A stretch of 64,000 bases of DNA from Paragordius varius (taxonomy: Eukaryota; Animalia; Nematomorpha), in NCBI GenBank assembly GCA_964247055.1, contig OZ176051.1, positions 5,890,001-5,954,000 on the forward strand, written 5' to 3'. The notes under the pieces were generated by a model that worked only from the letters and a program-made list of their open reading frames with translations, was not told where the DNA came from and made no database searches. How positions within the stretch are numbered: the stretch's first letter is position 1; each line of letters starts with the position of its first letter. Below are positions 23,515 to 58,896 of this stretch, in pieces. The translations under genes and the position numbers were made by a program.

Positions 23515-24037
23515 TTAAAATCGCATCATTGATATGAACAGAGTGATTTACCTTGTTTATTTTTATATTTAGCTAATCCACTCATATCATGTTGGCTAAA
23601 CTTTTATCTTCAGGTTCCATTAAATAAGTATTATCAAGTTTTTTCAGTTATTTTTATTCTTATTTCAGCTTATCAATATTAGCGAAAACTTTTGATATAG
23701 TTTGAATTTAATCCATATTATATAAAATAATATTAAACAGGCATAAGGTCACTAGTTCCTCAATTTGAATCGAATAAAATAAATGTATTGTATCTAAGTG
23801 TTAAATGGCTGGTAAGGCCTATAAAACATTATAAGAATCTTGATACATTTTCTGCATGAAAATATTTTCCTTGATATTTTTTTGTGCTCTAATGTAGCAT
23901 ATCTGTACCAAAACCAAATCGACAATCCTTATATACCTTTTAAATAAGATATCTATATAATAAAAATATGAGGTGTGAGATTCAAATAACCTATGGTACA
24001 ACTGCCAATATTTGTTTATTTAGTAACCATGATTACA

Positions 24038-24076
<39 letters not shown>

Positions 24077-24240
24077 TATGCGCAAAACTCCAATTTGTTT
24101 TTTTTATCGCGAACAACATCGTATAGTTCGATATTGATTTTTTATCGATATTTGATAGCGATATATTTCCAATGTTAGTGTTGTTTTTCCTTTCTTCCCT
24201 ACTTTCAATTACGATCGATAAAGTAGCTATATCCAGAATA

Positions 24241-24558
24241 ATGCATCAACCTTTGAAACTAGCTACAACAGTATATTTAGTTATAATATATTTTTTTAAA
24301 CAGACAAGGCCAAAAGGACCATCTAAATCTAAACCTAAATCTATACACAAACACAGACCGTTAGGCGTACAGGTTAATGATACCGAGATCCAATCAAATT
24401 TTATGCCCGTACAAATGCCTAATTCTCTCGACTTACTACCAACTGAAAAAACAGAAGCCAAAACTAAAGTTAAGAGCAAAATACCGCCCAACGCCTTTAA
24501 AATGTCACCAGGAATGTTAAACCAAGCTCGTTCAAAAATTTTAAAAACAAAAAAATAA
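24241..24558 (+). CDS. Small basic, proline-rich protein with a capping-protein-interaction-like motif (start uncertain; ORF opens at 24172)
   Basis: Removing a GT-AG segment 24271-24303 yields LKLATTTRPKGPSKSKP, close to the LxHxTxxRPK(6x)P consensus; C-terminus GMLNQARSKILKTKK. Codon composition is more exon-like than the flanks. Confidence 0.5.
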   Translation: MHQPLKLATTVYLVIIYFFKQTRPKGPSKSKPKSIHKHRPLGVQVNDTEIQSNFMPVQMPNSLDLLPTEKTEAKTKVKSKIPPNAFKMSPGMLNQARSKILKTKK

Positions 24559-24654
24559 TTTGTCATCCCACTTAATCTCCAAATATATTATTTTTTTATA
24601 TCATATGTTACACCAATCTATACAACTATATAAAGGACAATCGCCATTTTTGGT

Positions 24655-26983
24655 ATGTTTCGATATATTTATAAATATTTTTTATTTTTTATTATAGCAC
24701 TAATTTTCTATATAATATTTCAATCAAATACTGAATATTTTCAATTAAAATGTTATTTTATAAACTCCGAACAAGATTATAAATGTCTGAAGGGAGAAAA
24801 TGATTATTTTATATCGTTTAGATTGTTAGAGAAGCATTATGAACATTCAATTAACGCTAATAAAACAACTCTTACTTATTTGCATTCTTCAAAATATAAT
24901 TTTACTCACATCAAAAGTTATGTATGGCATAATATCTATCCTACCCTCTTACATTCTGATGTTAAAAAAAGACCCAGGGTGAAATGTCTCAATTATATTG
25001 GTACAATTTTGGTATTTTATATATAGGTATACCAGTTTCTAAACAATGGTTTCCTAAAGGTCATCTCTATCCAATTCAAATAGCCCAATATGGGTTATCA
25101 TCTTACTCTAAATTTTTGACATTAAGTAAAGCCAATACTTTTCCCGTTTTTCTTTTCCCAAAAGCGATAACGTCAAGTATTTATAATTTTTTTATATTTT
25201 TTCTCCTTTAAATTATAATTTTTATTAGCACCTAAGAATTCTTATATTCGGCAATTTTAAAATATATGATATTTGGTTATTACCAAATAATATTTTTTAT
25301 TAAATTATAATACTAGATTAACACTGGATACAAGACATTGATTTCAATTCTTTAGATAATTGTTGAATTAATATAAAACATGGCAAAATTTTGAACTTAT
25401 ATAACATTGATGACCGAAATATAAAAAAAGGATTCTTGAAATTTTTATTTATAAGCCTAAAAGTAAAAAAATAGCTAACCTAACATGTGTGCATAAAATA
25501 TTAAAATAATGCATTTAGAATTAAAATAACACGATATTTTTAAAACATCTTATAAAATAAAGGTGGCATCTATGTAGTTTAGTATTGTGGTTTTTAAAAA
25601 AACTAAATTTCATTTAAATATTTTGGCTTAATAAGAATAAATTTAAACTGAAACTGTCCCATCCCTTTCATTATTTTTGATAATATTTTATCATGGTTTG
25701 GGGTCTCTACTTACCCCAATTCGAGTCGAAGTGCTTGCAGTTTTTATGATAATGCATGCGAAATTAAAATAAAAATATCAAACAAAATAGTTTTTTAAAG
25801 TGCTTACATTTCATGATGAATGTGATTGTAGGCTTACATCATATTTATTAGTTTAATATTTTGACAATTTCAAATATTAAAAATTTAAGTAAGCGGGTCA
25901 TGATATAAAAAATTTACAATTACTGCTCTTTTATAGAAAATTATATTTTGAAACAAACAACTGTCAATTTGGTAATTTTTACTAAAATTTATTTTGTTTT
26001 TTTAATAAAAAAAATTTATTTAAAAATAAACGCCATATTGCAAAAAATTATTTCTTAACCAATTTTATAATATTACCGTTTTTTAAATATCATGATATGA
26101 TTTTTTTCGAAGAAAATGTGGAACTAAAAATGAACCGAAAATTATAATTAAAATTATATTTAAGTTAATTAAAACTAAAAACACAAAATTATATGTGAAA
26201 TCTTAGTCTATAATAATTCAAGACTAAATTGCCTGTTAACACTCATCAGTACGACACAGCTCACTTAGGGTTTTCAAATATCATTTCGTATATTGATATA
26301 AATGCAGTCGGTAATAATAATTTAAAATAAAATTCAAATCAAACTAAATTAAACAGACACTAGGTTTTAAGTATGAAAAGAAAAATTTAGTAACTTATAT
26401 GTTGAAAAAAATTTTTATTATTTAATTATGATATGTTAAAAAGTTTGGTTTTCTGGCTTGAATAACCCAAGTGGTTGTTATATCGGTTTTTATCAAATGT
26501 ATTTAAATCATCTTTATTTTATTAAATTAAATGCCTTTGAGGTTAGTAATTTTGCGATATTATTGACCAAAAACAACGGATTAAACCTCACTTTCTAACA
26601 AATGGCATGTGGACCTGATTTGTTTGGAGCTGTTAAAGGATCTATATAAAAACTTTTTTAATCTACTGAAAATTATTAAATTTTAATGTTGGGTAAATTT
26701 TTCGGGATATTAGCTTATAATGCATTTCTCACAAAACCTTAATTATTGTAATAAAAGAATTTATGTTGGTAAATTATATTTTGTTTTATTAAAAACCATA
26801 GAATAACGCCAAAGAATAAATTTCTTATAAGTCACTAGTTGTAACAATTGGGCCATGTGACATCTCTAAAATTAGGCATCATTTAAGATTTTTTAAGTTA
26901 TAATTTTCCCACTAGTTTAATACCAACCCGCTCCCCGTTACGTAATTATATTGTATAAATTGAATATGGGAAATATAAAATTT

Positions 26984-27020
<37 letters not shown>

Positions 27021-28139
27021 ATAGAGTTGTTTATCATTGATCTAAAACAGCAGTCAATATCCAAACCAATTATTCGAATAGAATTTAAGCCAAAGTTTAA
27101 CCAAGACACTGATTCATTACCGATAAGTTATCAATTAAGATTTGAATTTGGAGAACCCGGTTACATTCAATCCATCACGTATAAGTTTGACTATCAGTCA
27201 GCAAAATATCCCAATGTTGATCCCATATGTTTTGGATCAGATTTTCATGAAGGACCATACATGAAAATTATTATAAGGGCTAAAACATCATTTACTTTTC
27301 AACGCGATATCTTCCACGATTTAAGGAAGGCCTATGGCCAATCAGTACAATGGATAAATAAGCTGGCCATAAAACAAGTGTATTTGTTAAACATGGAGAA
27401 TCTCATCATATCAAACATGAGTTGGTTGGATGCAGATTATTTTGGTGATTTTATGCGAGCTACCCATTATTTCTTGGACACTCAAGATTCAAAGGGTGGC
27501 TGGTCCATACAAATTGAACGCAAGGGTTCTCTCCACATCCCTGCTGGCTGGTATTCAGCAATGGGGCAAGGTACAATTATGTCCTTGTTAGTTCGCGCCT
27601 ATCACTATTCTCACAATTCAACGTATCTTGATTGTGCTCTACGGGCCCTAAAAATCATGAATATCTCATCTACTCAGGGTGGTGTCAAAACTTACTTTTT
27701 GAATCAATTTGTTTGGTTGGAGGAATATCCCACCTCCCCGAGTTCATTTGTACTTAATGGGTTTATGTTTTCGCTTTTGGGCATTTATGATTTGAGGCAA
27801 GCTCTCTCTCTCCATATCAATGCTGCGCAGCAAGGCAAAATGCCAGTCGAGTTATTGAAGTACTACCAACACCGATTGTTAGATATGGATAATTTTATAG
27901 CAAATCTTAAAGAATCTCTATATACTATGCTTCCTCTTTATGACACGGGTGTAGGAACGCTTTATGATTTACGGCATTTCACCCTTAAATCTCCACCCAA
28001 TAGAGCCCGATGGGATTATCACGTGGTTCATATTCAACTATTGGAGATTATGTCCATAATTTTTGGGGAAAAATATTTTGACGCGACGGCTCAGCGCTGG
28101 TCCAACTACATGATTGGTATATTTAGCAGGCACAATTGA
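24655..28139 (+). CDS. GLCE: Heparan sulfate D-glucuronyl C5-epimerase, spliced
   Basis: N-terminal transmembrane anchor; RVKC; [22 protein letters not shown]; GWYSAMGQG; [25 protein letters not shown]; [14 protein letters not shown]; ARWDYH; C-terminal RHN. Exons 24655-25000, 25027-25125 (or 25145), possibly 26223-26310, and 27025-28139. Confidence 0.95.
25322..25733 (+). mobile_element. Degenerate piggyBac-type MITE in a GLCE intron
   Basis: ttaa-cactggatacaag start and ccccaattcgagtcgaagtg end; internally deleted and diverged. Confidence 0.65.
26987..27018. repeat. (TA)n microsatellite
   Basis: Pure TA run just before the last GLCE acceptor. Similar runs at about 24040-24080, 30086-30138, 37637-37664, 38630-38660, 48335-48361, 48952-48982 (TA then GT) and 58855-58895. 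Confidence 0.95.
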
Positions 28140-28872
28140 TGTATTTTAACAAATAATTATTGAAACAAATATAAAATTCGTTATATTTGATAACACATGT
28201 TTTCCTAGTGGTATTTTATGTTATAATATGTATCACCTACGCCATATTGAATAATATTGTACGCATTAATTTGGATTTATATATGAAATTTATGACACCA
28301 AATGGATTTAATTATAACTCAAACATGTAAATATATGTTTTGTAATATTTTAGAACTAACATATGATCTGTGAATACTTTTACGTCTCCCAATAATAAAT
28401 ACATTAAAGGATTTATAAAATACTTTTTATGCGATTTTCCTGAAATTTAATTCTGGTTATAGTAATTTTTTTATTTTATCATATTATATAGAGCTTTTAC
28501 AATAGGCCATTGAAGTTTTCTAATTTTTATTTTATTTTTAAATTGGTAAAATTGATAAATTTAAATTTCTTATAAATTTAGAAAGGATTTTTTTACAAAT
28601 ATTTGGGGTTTTAATCAAAATTTTGACATATTTAATTGATAACCTTTTGTTTTCCATCTAAAAAAATGGTTTTTAACTTCTAATCTAAAAATTTTATTTT
28701 TTAAAAAATTCGTCTGCTAACAACATAAAATTACTCTTATTTATTGGATTTTTTGATTAAAATTAAATTACAATCCCGTATTTCTTTAAAACATTGTTTT
28801 TATTAAAAAATACCTGATTGAATGTTGTAAATATAATATTTAACATATTTTTAGAACCAAATATTTAAAATA

Positions 28873-51058
<22,186 letters not shown>

Positions 51059-51965
51059 TAATATCCAAATGTTAGAAAAGACTGGGGCGATATTCAGTAT
51101 GTAAGAGCAAGATTTGAATATAATTTGTACAATTCATTTTATTAATCATGTGTAAATTAACATTCTGTTTGTTTCATTCATTATATTATTATATTAATAA
51201 ATATATTTTAATATTTATAATTTTTACTAAATCCTATTTAAAATAATGTTTGATAATGTTTTAGCTCATTAAAAATTATTTGATTCTAGGCCATGTCATT
51301 ATCAAAGAGCATCTAGCATTATAAACTAACTCTGTTTTTTACGCAATTTTTTTCAAAACAATATAAATTATAAAACCTAAAATAACTTTGCCATCTTTTA
51401 GCTAAATCTAATTCCGGTAAAAATTGAATTCAAGCAAACAAAATATTACAACAAAGACAAATATATTTTTCAAAAGACATCTATACTTTTTCAACCTTAT
51501 ATGATTGTAAAATATTTAATTGATGTTAAAATCTATAAGATAATTAGAAATCTAAAACAACGAGTAATATATATAAAAATCATAGCGGTTTTACTAAAAA
51601 ATATTTGTCTTTATCTTTTTACTTTTTGTTAATACAATTTTATTTTTTACTGTAAATATATTATTTGTTGAAATTTTATACATAACCCATTAAGATAATA
51701 TCAAAAACGCAAAAAAATTCACGTTATACCAATCTTACTACCATGCTATAAATTTGAAATTAAATATGCAAAGTATAATATTAATTTATTTCCTAATAAT
51801 ATAATTCAATCACACATATTTTACACCACCGTAATATTAATTGCATTTTACATAGTGTATTTATATTATCATCCAATGCAGTTAAACCCATAAACGTTCT
51901 GTTTGAAATTAAAAATTTGGTATAAATTTGACTTAAAAATGGTATTCGGATTTTTCAATATTATA

Positions 51966-54900
51966 TTACAATTCATTGTGATCGGCGTGAGATAATTCTA
52001 TATTATATAACAAGATATAATTAAAATCCTCCATATAGATTTAGGAAATAAAATAACAAAAAACTCGTATAAAAAATAATTAAAAAGAAATAAACCTTTC
52101 AAGTGTACAGTTTCGCCAATTGTTTTGGAGTTAAGTTGATGATTTTGTGCATCTCGAATCAATTTACGAGTTAAATTTTGGATTTCATTGTCATATTCTG
52201 TCCATTCAGGAACTATTCTTATGGCTCTTTCAAGCTTGGGTTCTTTCGTTTGAGGATTATTACACTATGCAAAGGCATCAATAATATTTAAAGTATTCAT
52301 ATTCAAACATGAACGAAAAGAGAAAGACATAATATAATTGTTGAAACTATTTGAGTGATTTATTAAATTAAAAATATTAATACGAATGAAATCGTTCACT
52401 CTTTGTCTATAAAATCAATAATTATAATGCTACAAGTTTTAATTACATTTCCCCACAAATAATACCAAGAATTTATCGAGATACCTTATTTTTATTTAGA
52501 TTGAATAATTTTGGTCGAAAATTAATATTTTATGTAATAAATCACAATTTTAGACTTTGTTCTTAAATTATTTAACCATATTTTTAATAAATATACCAAA
52601 TCGATAGTTTTTGCGGTGGCTTTAGAAGCATCATCGCACCATGTTTCACACCAAAGCCAATCTTGCGGTAAGGATTTTATAGCAACTTGATGGATCATAT
52701 TGTTTGGTAAATCCTATTTCAGTGGATAAAATTAAAAAATAAATTTGTATAAAAATAAACATAGAAAAGACGAAGGTAATGATCACAGGTGATAAAAAAA
52801 GAACATAAAATACCCTTGCTCCATTTGTTACAACGAGGTTAAAACAAATTCCATTCTATGCACATCGTGTAAAATGTGGGTTCATAAAAAATGTTCTAAC
52901 TTGAAAGGAAAATTAGTCGACAATAAAAATTTTAAATGCCAAAGATGTATATCAGGGAAACCAAACATCCTTAAATCAAGGGAGTTTAGCATCGAAGATT
53001 GTAGGTTCGAAATCGTCAACGATTTCACCTATTTAGGTAATATCAGTAATAATAATGGAGACCCTCAAACAACCATATCACATAGAATCAAACTCGGTTT
53101 GGCAAAATTTAACCAACTCAGATATGTTTTGACACATAAAGACATAACCGTAAAAAATAAAATCAAAATGTATAAAGTGGGTGTCCGCCCTACCCTTACC
53201 TACGCCAGCGAAACCTGGGCAATCACAAAAACATTAGAATCGAGATTGAAAAGAACGGAAGATAAAATGCTAAAATATATGATGATAAATTTTACCATAA
53301 ATGAACTAGAACCAATAACAGCTTTTATCAGAACAAATAGACTTCGGTATTTTGGACACAGACAGATCCAGTATAGACTCACCTGCAAAGGAAATTCTTG
53401 ATTTACAGATTCCTGCCCCCAACCGTAAAGGGAGGCCTAAAACAACTTGGACTCAAATCATAGAACAAGACTTTAAATTCCTGAACATACCTCGAAACGC
53501 AACAAATGATAGAGACATATATCGTAAATTAATCCATAGAATCCCAATAACTGGGCCAAACCAATAATACCTAAGTAATATGTGAATATACGCAACTCAA
53601 AAAAGTTAAAAGATTAGTTACATTATTATAAATTTAATTATCATTGAGAGCTATCGAAATATTAAATTTTTTATGTAAATTTGTGCTTACCACGAGTAAA
53701 CGGTATTAAGATATAAATATTCGATTATTGCTAAATATTAACAATATTTTAGCGTAAACAACATTCAAAAATAAAATAATTATAAACAGTATTGAAGAAA
53801 CCTGATCTAAATTGGATAAACTATTAGGGTCTTGAGATAAGCCAATATATTGTCCCCGGAGCCTATCACCAGCCGCAATTTGTCTAAATTTTTTCAAATC
53901 CACCACATATAATGCGCTATAATAACAATATCAAAAATATATTAAACTATATTATGAATATGGTTACATTTTAAAAAAAGCCATAAATCAAAAAAAAATA
54001 AACCTTATGTGATAAGCACGGTGTCCCAAATGCGATTTCCAATATCCCGTCTTCCAAAATCTATTAGAAAGTTGATTGAGGATTTAATTAATAGGAAACA
54101 AAAAATGGTATTTCATAAGAAAATACAACACATTTAGCGTTTTTTCATGCACTGATTTAAAATTTTATACTTAAATAATGGCTAATTAGTTAGCAATAAA
54201 ACATTTTTTGAAAAATTCAAAAAATCATTCGAACCTAAATCCTTCCATTTCTTTTCGGCTGTCACAAAATGGTGTGTAACCATAGGGTGCTCCCTCTAAA
54301 TCTAAATCAATAAGCTCCTTCAAATCTGTACGCACAATTTGATCGGCATCGACAAATATAAATTTGTTAACTTCGAGGGGAAACAGCACATCCAAAAACA
54401 ATATTTTGTATCTATAACCACAAAAAAATAATATATTAATTCTTTAATGAGTGTATATGCCTGAAATGTATAATATTCGATTAAAACATTATAAATATCA
54501 CATTATAATTTGAAAATCATGAGATAGAAAAACCAAAGATTGAAATAAATAGGGTTTTTTACCATCAAAAATAAAACCTGGTCTCGCATAAATATGCAAT
54601 CATTCAGGTCACAGTTCTTATTACCATAATTTAAAATTTGTGTATTAAATTAAAAAAAAAGTTAACCGTTTGAATTGGTTTTGATAGTATAAATATACAG
54701 TAAAAATTAAATTTATAGGGACAAAACGTAAAAATGTAAACCATACTTTTTCAAACAAACCTTAGCTTGTCCTGAGAAATGCAATTTATAATTGATTGTT
54801 TTACCAATTAACACATCTATTTTATACTTTGCAGTTTACAACGATAAGTTTTATTTAAATAAATCAAGATTTTAAAAGTATGGTTTTTTAGAAAAAAAAT

Positions 54901-57900
54901 ATTGTCTTAATATGTTTTCGTTTCGTCCGTATAATTTCAATTACTGTATTAACATAACAATATATAGTAAACTTAATTTCACGATATATTTTTATTAAAT
55001 TTAAGTTTACACCATTGAGATGTTGATCACATGATAATCATATATGTTTAACAATTTTTAACGTGTAATTTTCATAAACGACCACATTAACAGTCGACTT
55101 ATTTATGAAAGCATTTATAACCTATCAGACTAATATGGAATATTCATTAAAAATAATTCCAAAAAAATGAAGCAATACCCCCATATAATACGTTGTTTTT
55201 CAGTTTGTTGATTCAACCATTGAGGCCAATTGTATTGAACTAATTCGTATTTAAAGCCATACTCTCGTGCCATGTATGGGATGAAATCTTTGAATGATGG
55301 TGACAAATAATTCTTTAAGAACCAAAATTTAACAGGATTTTTGGTATGTTTAAGCACACTCAACATCATAATTCTGCAATTTATTACAACAAAAATAAAT
55401 ATATTAAAATATAAATAGGCAAGAATAAAATAAATTAAGTTAGTATCATACTTTAAAAATCTTTCATACAAGTGACCGGATGCCACAGAAAAAACATTTA
55501 TAGTTTCATTGACGGATGAGATATGGGGTTTATCGGTGGAACTATTATAGTAAAGATAAAAGCACATCAAAAAGTAATTAGTTTAAATAAATTAAAAGAG
55601 CAAACAATACGTAAAAACAAAAAGACAGATAATTGTTTTAAAACAACCATACTATAAATACCAATTTACCACCCTAATTTCATGAGCCACAATAAATTAT
55701 TTTAAAAATCAAGTTTAAAAATAAATTGTTTTTTTAAAATTAAGTTTAAAAATCAATTAAAAAGGCGTCATAATTGCTTTTTACCTTATTATTTCTTCAT
55801 CTTCTTCTGATATAATTTCATCCTTTATCACATCTGTATTTTTATCTTGTTTGGTAGATTGGGCATTTTCCGTATCTGATAATATTTCTTCATTCTGCTT
55901 ATCGGGTTTTTTGGATACCTACGCAGATATATGCATTAAAAATCATTTTGTGTTGATAAAATCATGCAATACATGGGAGATATTTTAATTTAAGGGTTTA
56001 AAATTGATATAAGTTTATAACTCTTCTTTGCTAATTAGATAATTTAAACAATTTTATTTGGTCAAAACAAAGCTTTTAATTATTATATCTATTATGATAA
56101 CAATTTTATAAATAAAATAATATTATAAATCATTTATATTTAAAAAAATATTTTGATAGCAAAAAAATAATTACATATTTTTAACAAGCACATTTGTATA
56201 TTTTATTGGTGATTTTGCACATAACTTAAAATATTCAGTGACAAAGGGTTATAATTGTTTTGTGAATTTTCACCGATTTTTCAAAGAACTGATGATGCAC
56301 TTAAAAGGCCTCAAATGGATAGCATCCATATCTGGCCAAAATCAAAGATTTTTTATAAAATATTTTAATAATTGACATTAAAATGTAAGGCTACTAAAAT
56401 AAAAAAAATAAAAATATACATGAAATCTTTTAAAATATTTTTTATAGTTTAGTAAATATGATATTATGGCTTTGTCAACTTACTCATGTTAAAAATAAAA
56501 AAATTCATACCTTTAATTGCACAGTTTTGCCTAAAAAGCTGTCTATTACAACCATTACTTCTTGTGATTCAGGATTATCGGTATCTGTATTCCTATGGCT
56601 AAACAATTAAAAATAACTCATTAAATTTATAGTAAAGTTGATTAATAAAAATATTTAAACTTTTAAGGAATGGTTTGAAAATAGTTAACTACCTCGTGTA
56701 ATTTTAAATAGAGAAAAAATTAATTATAAAAATATTATATTCAAGAGAATAATGTTTGAAAAAATAAATTTTTTCAAATGCGATAATAATATTTTGATGA
56801 TCCTTTTTATTAAGGATTACACCACATAAAGCCACACAAACCGACTTAAATAAAATGATATAGGATGTAAATTAAACCTGACAATTTTATAAATTTCTTC
56901 AGATCGGCCAGCCCGCAATCTCAAAAGAAACGTGCCTGGATTCGCTTTCATTTGAAAGTAATGCTAAAACAACCGAATATTAAATAATAAAATTTTATGA
57001 AATATTCAAAATAAAATAAGGCTTTTTTTGCATACCAAATTAGCCATAACAAGAGTATCGAAAGCCAGAGGGTTTGACAGGGGTCCCAAATTGAGTTGCA
57101 ATCCTTTTGGAGGTTTATCGCTCGTTTTATCGTAACATTGACCTGCGTGTAAAAATTTGGCTCAAAATTTAACATATTTTTTTGGAAAAATTAAACAAAA
57201 ATAATTAATTACCTTCGAGCAAAAGATATTCCAATTCGAATGGCGCAACAACATTGGTAGGGACCTATAAAATAAATAAAATTTAAAAAAAATAATCCGA
57301 GTATCGTCGAAGCAAGATTTCAAATTTTTCATTTCTATTTTTGTACTATTAAAAAATATATATTTTTCAAATTATAATTGAATGACATGGCAATCGTCAT
57401 ATAAAACCGAATTCACAAAAGCAATATACATTCGTTTTTAAAAGGAGAAAAAACATTTTGTAGTATTTTTTATCACATGTTTTCTTTCAAAAAACTTATA
57501 GTGAAGCAATTAAACAGCAAAAACACTCTTACTTCAGATAAATGAATGTTATCTAAATCATAGGGTGTCCGTACAGATTGAACCATCCAATTTTGTGGCG
57601 TATGTACTATCATGGTGTAAAGGGGTGATTTTGGCAATTTTTCAAACGTTGCCGATGGAACTAAGGGAAAGGACTGGGCATTTGCCGCATCAGAATACGT
57701 CAATTTTGAATTCAAAACATACCGATAATAACTGTTGCAATGTAAAAAAAACTTTAATTAATAATATAACTGGAAATAAAAATAGGCATTTACAAAAATA
57801 TATAATGGTAACGGAAATAAATTAAATGATATTGTTTTGGATAAAAGTTGAAACCATATGTAAAAACTGAATATTTGAGTTAATTGTTTGAAAATATTTT

Positions 57901-58851
57901 ACATAGAATATTTAAATAAATAAAATAATATACTCTGTCTTATAGAAAAAAATATTTTTATAGAACAATTTTAGTTAATGAGTCAACATTTGTATCATCT
58001 TGTCATAATTAATTTGTTAAAGCTGTCAAATTAAGTAACCTTTGTAGAGGCATCTCAGATAATTTGGGTTTGCAATTAAAACACACTTTTAGACGGATAT
58101 TGGGCAATGTTTCCGATAAAACCTGTTATACAATTCAATATAAATGGTGTAAAAAATAATATTTTGAAGATATTCATTTATTTAAAATACGAAAAAAAAT
58201 ATAATTTACCATTAGGACTTGAGACATAATTTGTGCAGGCTTACTAATAGGGTTAAGTATAACCAAAACAGAATATTCCGCACCGGTTGGATCATCTTGC
58301 TTTTCAAGTGAAAAACATGATCTATCAAAATTAAAGTAAGAAAACTTTATATCGTTAATAAAATAAAGAGAGTTAATAAATTTGTATATAAGACAAAATT
58401 TTAGACTAAATAAATTATTACTATTATAGTTAGGAAGTTTGCTAATATAAATGATGTTATTAAACCATATAAAATATTTAAACAAAGATATGATACAATA
58501 TATGCGGCGATACATTTTAAATTAAACCAATAAAAATTTTTTTTTACCAATACCGAATAAACCAAAATATAATATTTTAGTAAATTTTCCTATAAAATAA
58601 AATTACCCATGGGTAGATTTTCGCAGTTTTATACGGATTCGTTTCCCTGAATTAAAAGAGGTAGTCATTGATGAAGTGGATGATTGTTTACGCGCATTAC
58701 TGATTAGCAGACCGCAACTCAATTTCATTATGAGATCATTGATGCTAAGAATAAATTTTATGCTTTATTACCCACAATCTTTTATTTTGAAGAAAAATTA
58801 TATTATGCTATAAATTACAGAGATTCATACATTTACATTTTACTAAAATTC

Positions 58852-58896
<45 letters not shown>

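Noticed and set aside
19330-24030. Scattered mini-exon-like segments (19790-19805, 22540-22560, 22660-22730, 23550-23570, 23830-23990) as a minus-strand gene
   Set aside because: Some splice-like sites exist, but I could not build a stop-free chain or recognise a protein; such patterns arise by chance in AT-rich DNA.
24125-24220. TATCGATA (DRE-like) element and CGATA cluster as a promoter
   Set aside because: An AT-rich 8-mer is expected a few times per 64 kb by chance (another lies near 10557), and there is no TSS evidence.
5221-25733. Recurrent 20-35-bp repeats (cttcgattcaaattggggta...) as a CRISPR array
   Set aside because: Copies are hundreds to thousands of bp apart, in both orientations, and are MITE ends; the context is eukaryotic and there are no cas genes.
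52000-52095. Read-through of the penultimate UGGT exon giving a hydrophobic, membrane-anchor-like C-terminus
   Set aside because: The stretch is a T-rich GT-AG intron, and splicing yields a canonical HNEL-stop.
56280-56345. ctgatga...caaa-tggat-agc-atcca-ta hammerhead-like motif in a UGGT intron
   Set aside because: GAAA is replaced by CAAA and neither stem I nor stem II forms convincingly.
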